Assembly (NCBI GenBank): GCA_903834185.1
Contig: CAILHX010000053.1
Coordinates: 1 to 24,000 of the forward strand
Length of the DNA: 24,000 nucleotides
Direction of reading: 5' to 3'
DNA from: an uncultured Methylophilaceae bacterium
GTDB lineage: Bacteria > Pseudomonadota > Gammaproteobacteria > Burkholderiales > Methylophilaceae
Positions 15,854 through 23,675 of this stretch are shown here, piece by piece. The notes beneath the pieces are model-generated. The model was not told where the DNA came from, did no database searches, and saw nothing but the letters and a program-made list of their open reading frames with translations. Both the position numbers and the translations under genes were made by a program. Each line of letters begins with the position of its first letter. Positions within the stretch are counted from its first letter, which is position 1.

Positions 15854-15868
15854 GCGACAATATGCCGC
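15854..15868. promoter_or_regulatory. Candidate RegA/PrrA-type box 2 (GCGAC-N5-GCCGC)
   Basis: cGCGACaatatGCCGCa has half-sites and spacing identical to box 1. It sits 65 bp downstream of box 1 and 47 nt upstream of the regB ATG. Confidence 0.4.
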
Positions 15869-15915
15869 ATCCTGTTTCCGGGCTGGATAGGGGTGGTTCA
15901 CGATAAAATGCGTGC

Positions 15916-17241
15916 ATGAACCGTATCAAGACTTTCTCCGCAACCATTTCAAACCTGAATCGTTTGTTCTGGCTACGCAATGTGGCCATCATCGGGCAAT
16001 GGGTCGCCCTGGCTGCAGCGCAGTATAAATTTGAGATGCATCTGCAAATGCTGCCTCTGGTCACCACCATTTGCATTCTGATGCTGCTTAATGTGTTTAC
16101 CTTTTGGCGATTGACTCATGCGAAACGGATAAATGACGGTGAGTTGCTTATGCAGCTTCTGGCGGATATTGCGATTTTGACGGTGTTGCTTTATTACAGT
16201 GGCGGTTATACCAATCCTTTTGTGTGGATGTATCTGCTGCCGCTCACCATCGCCGCGGTGGCCCTGCCATGGACCTATACCTGGGGCATCACCGCGCTCA
16301 GCATAGCCAGTTACTCCTTGCTGACGTTCTATTACCGACCGCTGTCGCTGATGCAGATGGATATCGCCGAGATGAGCCTGCACGGGGTTTGCATCGCGCC
16401 TGGCGGCAAGGGGTTCAGCCTGCACTTGATGGGCATGTGGTTCGGCTTTGTATTGAGCGCGTGCATCATCGCCTACTTCGTGGCACGTATGGGGCATACT
16501 TTACGCGAATACGACAGGCTTATTGCAAAAGCAAGGGAAGATGCATTGGAAAGCGAACGGCTGTTCGCGCTCGGCACTCTGGCAACTGCCGCAGCCCATG
16601 AACTGGGAACCCCTTTGGCGACGATGGCCATTATTACGGGGGAGCTGATGGATTCAAGCCGTGAACAGCCATCACTATCAGAACCGCTTGCACTGCTCAG
16701 GAAGCAGATTTACCGCTGCAAGGAAATTCTGACCTCCATTACGAGTTCCGCAGGCCAGCAACGCATAGAGGATGCCGAAGCGATATCCGTCAGCGACTTT
16801 CTGCAACGCACAATTGATCGCTGGAGGGATATCCGGCCTGAAGTGCTTATTGATCTCGAACTTGGGGGAATTCAGCCTTCCCCGGTCATTACTGTTGACC
16901 GCACTCTTGGTCAGGCACTCAATAATCTGCTGGATAATGCCGCAGATGCTTCCCCGCAACGTATTGCGCTTGCTGCCGACTGGGATGAGGCACGCCTGGA
17001 TATATCCATACGGGATTTCGGCTCCGGATTGTCGCCGGAAGAAATCGTAAACGCCGGGACGCTGTTTTTTACCACCAAACAGGAAAACGGCCTGGGTCTG
17101 GGTCTCTATCTGACCAGGCTGATACTGGAGCGTTTTGGCGGGACTCTAAGCCTTGCTAATCACGCCCAGGGCGGTGTGGAGGCAAATGTACATTTGCCTC
17201 TGAATCAACTTCTGATCAAGGCAGAGCATGACTGCATCTGA
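15916..17241 (+). CDS. regB: RegB/PrrB/ActS-family redox-sensing histidine kinase
   Basis: Multi-TM N-terminus with the conserved GGYTNPF (quinone-site) motif. H-box AAAHELGTPLA, a Cys in the RCKEIL context (redox-Cys position), and ATP-binding motifs DNAADAS, RDFGSGL and GLGLGLYL. Confidence 0.9.
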   Translation: MNRIKTFSATISNLNRLFWLRNVAIIGQWVALAAAQYKFEMHLQMLPLVTTICILMLLNVFTFWRLTHAKRINDGELLMQLLADIAILTVLLYYSGGYTNPFVWMYLLPLTIAAVALPWTYTWGITALSIASYSLLTFYYRPLSLMQMDIAEMSLHGVCIAPGGKGFSLHLMGMWFGFVLSACIIAYFVARMGHTLREYDRLIAKAREDALESERLFALGTLATAAAHELGTPLATMAIITGELMDSSREQPSLSEPLALLRKQIYRCKEILTSITSSAGQQRIEDAEAISVSDFLQRTIDRWRDIRPEVLIDLELGGIQPSPVITVDRTLGQALNNLLDNAADASPQRIALAADWDEARLDISIRDFGSGLSPEEIVNAGTLFFTTKQENGLGLGLYLTRLILERFGGTLSLANHAQGGVEANVHLPLNQLLIKAEHDCI

Positions 17242-17773
17242 AACATTACCAACGCTGCTTCTGGTAGACGACGACGAAGCTTTCCGTCAGGTCTTATCCG
17301 CCGCATTGCAAAAGAGGGGATACGCCGTCACTGACGTTGCAGACGTGAATCAGGCCATATTGGCGGTAAAAAGCAATCCCCCGGAATATGCGGTGGTTGA
17401 TCTGAAGATGCCCGGCGATTCCGGATTGGTTCTTGTAAAGCATTTGCATGAGATGGAAAGCGCAACCCGCATTGTGGTACTTACCGGCTACGCCAGTATC
17501 GCTACCGCAGTGGAAGCAGTCAAATTGGGTGCCACATACTATCTTGCCAAGCCCGCAGATGTGGAGGAGATCGTTGCCGCCTTGAACAAGACCGACGGCA
17601 ATATCAGTGCACCGCTCTCTGCCTCGCCGATGTCGGTTGAGCGGCTTGAATGGGAACATATACAACGCGTGCTGGCGGAACAGGATGGAAATATTTCCGC
17701 GACCGCACGCCTGCTCAATATGCACCGAAGAACACTGCAAAGAAAATTGGGCAAATATCCCAGTCGCAAATAG
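17228..17773 (+). CDS. regA: RegA/PrrA/ActR-family response regulator
   Basis: Receiver motifs LLLVDDDEAF, VVDLKMPGDSG and YLAKP. Fis-type HTH ISATARLLNMHRRTLQRKL. 14-nt overlap with regB. Confidence 0.9.
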   Translation: MTASETLPTLLLVDDDEAFRQVLSAALQKRGYAVTDVADVNQAILAVKSNPPEYAVVDLKMPGDSGLVLVKHLHEMESATRIVVLTGYASIATAVEAVKLGATYYLAKPADVEEIVAALNKTDGNISAPLSASPMSVERLEWEHIQRVLAEQDGNISATARLLNMHRRTLQRKLGKYPSRK

Positions 17774-17816
17774 TCGGGGTTTATCCCTGATTTGCAGCAG
17801 GGCTTCCCTGTGGCGG

Positions 17817-18239
17817 TTACTGATTCAATGATGGATCGGTCACAAACCCGATGCGCGTCAATCCTGCCTTTGCAGCTGCGGACATCACCTGTGCGACTTT
17901 TTCATAGGCCGCCAGACGGTCGGCACGGATATGTATCTCCGGTTGCGGTGATTTTCCGGCTTCCAGCGCAAAGCGCGAGGGCAGGGCATCCCTGGCAACC
18001 ACTTCACCGTTCCAGAACAGCGTGCCGTCTTCACGGATGGCGAATTCAATGTGCTCCGGCCTGGTAATGTTGGGGGTGCTGGATGCCTTGGGCAAATCAA
18101 TCTTGACCGAATGCGTCAGCAGGGGAGCGGTGATGATGAATATCACCAGTAACACCAGCATCACATCCACCAATGGCACCACGTTGATCTCCGCCATCGG
18201 TGACTGATGTTTTTTGCGATCAAAACTGCCTATGCTCAT
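17817..18239 (-). CDS. exbD: ExbD/TolR biopolymer transport protein
   Basis: 140 aa, with MAEINVVPLVDVMLVLLVIFIITAP typical of ExbD. ATGA overlap with exbB. Confidence 0.9.
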   Translation of the reverse strand: MSIGSFDRKKHQSPMAEINVVPLVDVMLVLLVIFIITAPLLTHSVKIDLPKASSTPNITRPEHIEFAIREDGTLFWNGEVVARDALPSRFALEAGKSPQPEIHIRADRLAAYEKVAQVMSAAAKAGLTRIGFVTDPSLNQ

Positions 18240-18931
18240 CGCGTACTCCTGCTCTCTCCCTCACCTACGGAAAAGAGGACATAGAGGTCATGCGCAAACT
18301 CATCGAGTTTCGCCAGCCATAAACGGTTGCGGCGATTAAAGGCATTGAAGGCCAGAACCGCCGGAATTGCCACCGTCAGACCCAGTGCCGTCATGATCAG
18401 CGCCTCACCCACCGGGCCGGCGACCTTGTCCAGGGTTCCCTGACCACTCAAGCCGATGCGAACCAGAGCATGGTAAATCGCCCATACCGTTCCCAGCAGG
18501 CCTATATAGGGCGCAGCAGAACCTGCCGAAGCCAGTATGGTGAGTCCGTTCTCGCTGCGCGCCGATTCCTGTTCGATCCCGTTGCGCAGGGCACGAGTGA
18601 GAAATTCCGAGAGCCCCCCGGCAGCAGCCAGTTTCTGTAAACCATGACTTTTACCGTGATGCACCGCCTTGAACGCATCATGTGCCAGATCAGCAAAGGC
18701 GTTTCGCGGGTGATTCTCACTCAGCAGGCTGCCGATGGCTTCTGTGGTATCCAGTTCCCAGAATCGTTCAAGAAAGGTATCAACGCGACGCTGTGCCAGA
18801 CGGTAGCTGATCGCTTTGGTGAATATGAGGTACCAGCTTGCCAGAGAAAGAAATAACAAAAGCAGTAACACTGCTTTTCCAACCATATCCGTCTGCTGCA
18901 CAAAATGGGCAAATCCAATTCCCTGATCCAT
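18236..18931 (-). CDS. exbB: ExbB (MotA/TolQ/ExbB proton channel)
   Basis: 231 aa with three TM helices. Conserved C-terminal block GPVGEALIMTALGLTVAIPAVLAFN. Its start overlaps the tonB stop by 1 nt (TAATG). Confidence 0.9.
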   Translation of the reverse strand: MDQGIGFAHFVQQTDMVGKAVLLLLLFLSLASWYLIFTKAISYRLAQRRVDTFLERFWELDTTEAIGSLLSENHPRNAFADLAHDAFKAVHHGKSHGLQKLAAAGGLSEFLTRALRNGIEQESARSENGLTILASAGSAAPYIGLLGTVWAIYHALVRIGLSGQGTLDKVAGPVGEALIMTALGLTVAIPAVLAFNAFNRRNRLWLAKLDEFAHDLYVLFSVGEGESRSTR

Positions 18932-19605
18932 TATTTACGTCCCTCTAAAATAAAATTGAAAGGTTGCAGTGCTATCGCACGTACCGCAATGCCATTGCGT
19001 AATGGTGCGTTACACTGCCATTGCCTGATTGCTTGCAAACCTGCCTCGTCCAGCCGCTTGTAACCCGAACTCTCTTTTATTCGGGCTGAAGCCACATAGC
19101 CGTTCTCATCCAGCTCTACCAGCAATACCACCTTTCCCTGCTCGCCCTGACGGCGCGACATGGCCGGATAGTCGGGAGGAACGCGCTTCGGGCATGCAAG
19201 GGCGAGATCTGTCGCCAGCGAGACAGGTGTTGTATCAACTGCTGCTGGTGGTTCAGGCGGTGCCTGCACAACAGGCTCCGGCGTTGCAACCGGCTGCGGG
19301 GGTGCCACCGGCTCATCCGGTGAAGTCACCGGCGCATTGGAAACAACCACGGCCTGCGGTGGCGTAACAACCTCTATTTTTTTTACCAGCTTGAACGGCT
19401 TGGGTGGAGGCTTGGGAGGCTCGATGGTTTTTTCAGGCGGCGGGGGATGGATCATGTTCACAAAAACCGTCATCGCCTCCTGCGGCGCTGGCAGCAAGTG
19501 GTAACTCCATGCGCCATAGAGGAGTGCACCATGAAAAACCAGCACCAGAAACAGGCCAAACAGGCTGTTCCATCGCTCTCCTTCATCAACCGGCTGTTTT
19601 ATCAC
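18931..19605 (-). CDS. tonB: TonB energy transducer
   Basis: I start it at GTG 19605, which overlaps the stop of the upstream PepSY gene (GTGA). It has an N-terminal anchor (LFGLFLVLVFHGALLYGAW), a Pro-rich spacer and a TonB C-terminal domain (YPAMSRRQGEQGKVVL...). The ATG at 19668 would overlap the upstream gene by 67 nt. Confidence 0.8.
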   Translation of the reverse strand: MIKQPVDEGERWNSLFGLFLVLVFHGALLYGAWSYHLLPAPQEAMTVFVNMIHPPPPEKTIEPPKPPPKPFKLVKKIEVVTPPQAVVVSNAPVTSPDEPVAPPQPVATPEPVVQAPPEPPAAVDTTPVSLATDLALACPKRVPPDYPAMSRRQGEQGKVVLLVELDENGYVASARIKESSGYKRLDEAGLQAIRQWQCNAPLRNGIAVRAIALQPFNFILEGRK

Positions 19606-21002
19606 CCTACAGTTACCTGATTCAAACCGAGAAAGTGACGGGCAGCGGGAATGTAACGCAGTACCCATTGATCCAGCAGCAAGACGGCAATCAGGGTAAT
19701 GCCCAGAAATGGCAGCAATACCCCCAGCAGCACAATAATCCCAAGCAATGCATAAGCATGGGCAGCACCTGCACGAGCGGCTGGCGGAGCGCCCAGCACC
19801 CCGGAATCACGCCTTCGCCACCACAGCACTATGGAACTGACGGATAACAAAAACAGACCTAGCGCCGTCAAAAGGCCCAATGCCTGATTGACCCAGCCGA
19901 ATAGCTGTCCTTCATGGATGGCGATGCCGTAACCTATGATGCGATCCAGCAGCGGCCTGTCAGCGAAGTTTTTTCTGGATTTGATCGCACCGGTATCCGC
20001 ATCCAGTACCAGATTTACTCTTAACGGACGATTCTGTGCATCGGAACGTGCCGTCCATTCCGGCGATCTTCTGGAGGGTGGTGCAATCAGTACCGGGACG
20101 GCCAGATGCAATGGCTGCACGGTCGTTACCATGCGGTCTATCGCGCTGTAATCGACTCTTGCAAAGTGACCGCCAACCCCGTGCATGTGTCCGGCATGAT
20201 TTGCATGCTCTGAATTATCCGGGACGGATGTATTTCTCTGCGAACGTTCAGCCAGATCTGACGAACGTCCTGTCGTCCAGTCCTGCTGCACCAGTTTTGC
20301 CTCGCTGAAGCTGCGGACATCCTTTAACAATCCACCCCAGGACTTGGCCCACGGCAAACCCGACAGCAGCAGGAACAGGGTGAAAAGGGAAATCCAGAAG
20401 CCGGTGACTGCATGCAGATCGCGCCAGAACAGACGGCCATTGCGGCCTAGTCTTGGGTATGCAATTCCGGCCAGACTGTTCGTATTGCGTGGCCACCACA
20501 GGAACAGGCCGGTAATCATCATCACGATCGCCCAGGATGCCGCCAGTTCGACGATATTGGAGCCACGATCCCCGATCAGCAGATTGCCATGCAACTGATG
20601 CACGATCTGCATCAACCGGGCGTCCTCATGCTCCTGCTTGAGTATTTGCAGTGTGACCGGATGCAGGTAAACCCGCGTTAAATCCCGGTCGTGCCCTACC
20701 AGAACCTGCACGGCGGAATCGGCAGATTCCGGCAACTCATAAGCGTTCAGTCTGGAACCCGGCACCGCAGCAAGTGCCGCCTGCACCTGGGCTGCCGCAG
20801 TCTGTGGCTTGCCGGTGAGCGCAAGGTGCGTATAAGGCGCACTCAATGCTGCCTCGACCTGCGGTTTGAACAGGTAAATAGCTCCGGAAACGGAAAGCAC
20901 CAGAATAAAGGGAATGCAGAACAAGCCTGCATAAAAGTGCCATCGCCAGATGGTGTTATATGCAGGCCATTGGCGATTTGCGACAGGTTTTGTATTTTTC
21001 AT
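19602..21002 (-). CDS. PepSY-associated TM-helix protein (PiuB/FoxB-like putative periplasmic-facing reductase)
   Basis: 466 aa. N-terminus IWRWHFYAGLFCIPFILVLSVSGAIYLF and repeated HxxxG/W TM segments are typical of the PepSY_TM family. GGAG Shine-Dalgarno sequence; 18 nt after the receptor stop. Confidence 0.9.
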   Translation of the reverse strand: MKNTKPVANRQWPAYNTIWRWHFYAGLFCIPFILVLSVSGAIYLFKPQVEAALSAPYTHLALTGKPQTAAAQVQAALAAVPGSRLNAYELPESADSAVQVLVGHDRDLTRVYLHPVTLQILKQEHEDARLMQIVHQLHGNLLIGDRGSNIVELAASWAIVMMITGLFLWWPRNTNSLAGIAYPRLGRNGRLFWRDLHAVTGFWISLFTLFLLLSGLPWAKSWGGLLKDVRSFSEAKLVQQDWTTGRSSDLAERSQRNTSVPDNSEHANHAGHMHGVGGHFARVDYSAIDRMVTTVQPLHLAVPVLIAPPSRRSPEWTARSDAQNRPLRVNLVLDADTGAIKSRKNFADRPLLDRIIGYGIAIHEGQLFGWVNQALGLLTALGLFLLSVSSIVLWWRRRDSGVLGAPPAARAGAAHAYALLGIIVLLGVLLPFLGITLIAVLLLDQWVLRYIPAARHFLGLNQVTVG

Positions 21003-21020
21003 CCGGCTGCTCCGCTGAGG

Positions 21021-23438
21021 CTAGTAATCGAACTTGGCGCTGGCATAGTAGGTACGCTGGGAGTAGGGGTACAAGGTGAAATACTTTTCGTTGGTGATAT
21101 TGTCCACGCCAACCGAAGCCGACCAGCGGTCAGCCAGCTTGTAGAGCACTTTTGCATCGAACACACTGAAATTGCTGCGCCCGCCGTAAACGCCCGGATT
21201 GGGATCCGGGTATTGATGGGTGGTGGTGTTGAACAGGCCGCTGTGTTCTCTTCCGGAGTAACGCCAGCCCAGGCTGTAGGACAAGGCATCGGACGCATGA
21301 TAGACCCCTAGCAAGGTGGCTCGCAGCACAGGAATCAGCGGCAGTTTTGTACCTGCCAGCCCCGGATTGGCAACGTCTTTCTCGATTTCGGTATGTACGT
21401 AGGTAATGCTGCCGGAAAGATCAAAACCATGCACCAGGATGTTGCTTTCCTGCAACGCGGTTTCCAGGCCGTAGGTACGCACCTTGTCTATGTTTTGCAC
21501 ACTGCTGATGCTGAAGCCGGGGATGGTCGTCAGGTCGGTTTGCGAGACCAGCGCATCCTGTTTCTGCTCGCCGAACAACGATGTTCTCCACAGGCCATTG
21601 TTCAGCTGGCGCTCAAGCGCAAACTCCCAGGAGTCGGCAGTCTCCGGCTTGAGATTGGGATTGTTTGTGAGTGCCACATTGTAAGGCGCAGGGAAGCCCG
21701 CAATCTGCGCCGGGGTTGCTGCAGCACCGCCAACCTGGGTGATGCCGACGTTTTTGAATAACTCATTCACAGTAGGAAAACGGACCCCTCGACCATAGGA
21801 GTTGCGCAGCTCCCAATCATCAGAAAGGCGGATTGAAAGGGAAGCCTTGGGCGAGAAGGCATAGACTGTCTTGTCCGGATAAGTCACGTTGGTATTATTG
21901 GCAAAGTTGCTGCCGTTGGTCGCATCCCATTTCTCTTCGCGCCCACCCACTACCAGCTTGAGGCTTGGCGCGATCTGCCAGGCGTCCTGCAAATATATCG
22001 CATCCGTGGTGGTCACCCCTCTGGAATTGGTATTCAGCGTATTGGTCGCGCTACTCTGGAAATTCACCCCTGATACGAGATTGAATTGAGTCGACTTGGT
22101 GACGTAGCGATCAGTGTGATAGCCCAAACTCACTTGATGCTCGCTTTTCAGGTTGCCGTCAGGGCGCCACTCACCGCGCAAATCCAGATTATGCCAACCG
22201 GTGCCATCACCGTAGGTGAGCGTGCCTGCAGTTGCAGCATCACTGGCTGTCCTTCCGAAATTACCGGAGGAGGCGCGGACCTCGTCTTTATCCTGATTAA
22301 AGTAGCTGGCAATCAGTTCCCAGTCCCAAGTGCCATCAGTACTGGTCTTCAGCGATAAACCATGCATGTGATACAGACTTTGCGTGAGGCTGACGCTAGG
22401 AGCTGTAACGCTGTAGTCCTTGCCATCAATGCGCAAATACCTGAAAGGTCCGGCAACATTGGTGCTGCCGTAAATGACGTTTCCGGCGGCATCACGCAGA
22501 TAACTGTCTACTGCCTTGTTCGAATCGTTTTGCCAGACATCCAGCGTGTAAGTGGCGCGAAGCGAAGGTGTGATGTCGTAGGCCAGCTTCATCGTGACAT
22601 CATCCTTGATGGTATGGTCGGCACTGATCGCAGCCGTGTTTAAACGTGTATTGTTGGCGATATCCTTGTCGTAATAGGCACCTGTCACTACCGTGAATTG
22701 ACCTGCGGCTGCAGGTACTCCGGCTTTAGCTGTTGCAGGAGTGAAGTCTGTCGGGTGACTGTGGTTATCAAGGTGATCGGCATTCACCCAGAATGAAAAA
22801 TCTCCCGCTTTGTCGCCAGCCATGGCCACACCATGAACCCCGTAAAAGTCCTTGTCCGTTCCGTATAGCTTGAAATTCTCACCAAAGGTATCCAGCGATG
22901 CATGCGCCTCGAACTTTTCAGGCATGCTTGTAGACATCAGCACCACACCTCCGACCGAATTGCCCGGATAAAGCGCAGAGAATGGCCCGTACATGACGTC
23001 AACGCGGTCTATGGAGCTCTGGGGTACCATACTCCAGCGCGGTCCGGGACAGCAGCTATTATTCAGAAAGTTGGACAGCAGAAGGCCATCCGCATAGACG
23101 ATGGTTTCCGCACTGGAATTAACCCCGTACATACGGATCGCTAGGCCCCCATTCACATCGCCGATGAAACGCTCACGCACATGAACCCCGGGAACATACA
23201 GTAGCGCCCCTGCAGAAGACACTGAATTGACACTTTCCCTGATTTGTCTGGAAGTGAAGCTCTCAACGGTGGAAGGCACATTGGGCGGTGTCGCCGGAGT
23301 ATCGGCCACAGCCTTGATCTGAATCGAATCCAACTGCGTAGCAGCGTCTCCGCCGGATACCGCCGGTGCCGTATCTTCTGCCCGCACGGACAAAGACAGC
23401 AGCAACAGCGCGGCTGTCATCCATTTATTATTCAGCAT
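21021..23438 (-). CDS. TonB-dependent outer-membrane receptor
   Basis: 805 aa. Signal peptide MLNNKWMTAALLLLSLSVRA, a plug domain (IDRVDVMYGPFSALYPGNSVGGVVLMS), a long beta-barrel and a C-terminal aromatic residue (...AKFDY). Confidence 0.95.
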   Translation of the reverse strand: MLNNKWMTAALLLLSLSVRAEDTAPAVSGGDAATQLDSIQIKAVADTPATPPNVPSTVESFTSRQIRESVNSVSSAGALLYVPGVHVRERFIGDVNGGLAIRMYGVNSSAETIVYADGLLLSNFLNNSCCPGPRWSMVPQSSIDRVDVMYGPFSALYPGNSVGGVVLMSTSMPEKFEAHASLDTFGENFKLYGTDKDFYGVHGVAMAGDKAGDFSFWVNADHLDNHSHPTDFTPATAKAGVPAAAGQFTVVTGAYYDKDIANNTRLNTAAISADHTIKDDVTMKLAYDITPSLRATYTLDVWQNDSNKAVDSYLRDAAGNVIYGSTNVAGPFRYLRIDGKDYSVTAPSVSLTQSLYHMHGLSLKTSTDGTWDWELIASYFNQDKDEVRASSGNFGRTASDAATAGTLTYGDGTGWHNLDLRGEWRPDGNLKSEHQVSLGYHTDRYVTKSTQFNLVSGVNFQSSATNTLNTNSRGVTTTDAIYLQDAWQIAPSLKLVVGGREEKWDATNGSNFANNTNVTYPDKTVYAFSPKASLSIRLSDDWELRNSYGRGVRFPTVNELFKNVGITQVGGAAATPAQIAGFPAPYNVALTNNPNLKPETADSWEFALERQLNNGLWRTSLFGEQKQDALVSQTDLTTIPGFSISSVQNIDKVRTYGLETALQESNILVHGFDLSGSITYVHTEIEKDVANPGLAGTKLPLIPVLRATLLGVYHASDALSYSLGWRYSGREHSGLFNTTTHQYPDPNPGVYGGRSNFSVFDAKVLYKLADRWSASVGVDNITNEKYFTLYPYSQRTYYASAKFDY

Positions 23439-23675
23439 TATTTTCTCCCCTGGGATGACTGCTTGTTTTTAAAGCGAAGGGAGTTTATTCAAAACGATCA
23501 GTTCGCGGAATGTGACACGTTGTCGCGCGGCAACATGCCGCGTTGCAGCATTGGGCGTTTTCACCGAAACGAAACCAAGAATTCACTTATTTCCAACTCA
23601 TGAATTAACTGAATACCGGAAGCGGGCATTGCCTTAATCTTCGACCATCGCATCCACACATCCGGAGGTCGGCAA

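Noticed and set aside
15973-16497. 174-aa ORF antisense to regB, and other ORFs at 15810-16076, 16224-16601 and 16678-17050
   Set aside because: These are shadow frames of the well-supported regB gene and carry no motifs.
17775-17810. Possible terminators between the convergent regA and exbD genes: CGGGG-tttat-CCCTG, CCCTG-N8-CAGGG and CAGGG-ctt-CCCTG
   Set aside because: These are only 5-bp mutually exclusive stems, with no U-tract on either strand. That is too weak to call an intrinsic terminator.
23439-23640. Fur box or cobalamin riboswitch upstream of the TonB-dependent receptor
   Set aside because: The best Fur-like stretch (GAAATAAGTGAATTCTTGG on the minus strand) matches the GATAATGATAATCATTATC consensus at only a few positions. 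A GGTGAAAAC segment faintly recalls a B12 riboswitch, but I could not find a B12 box (…GCCACTG…) or the expected helices. Neither is called.
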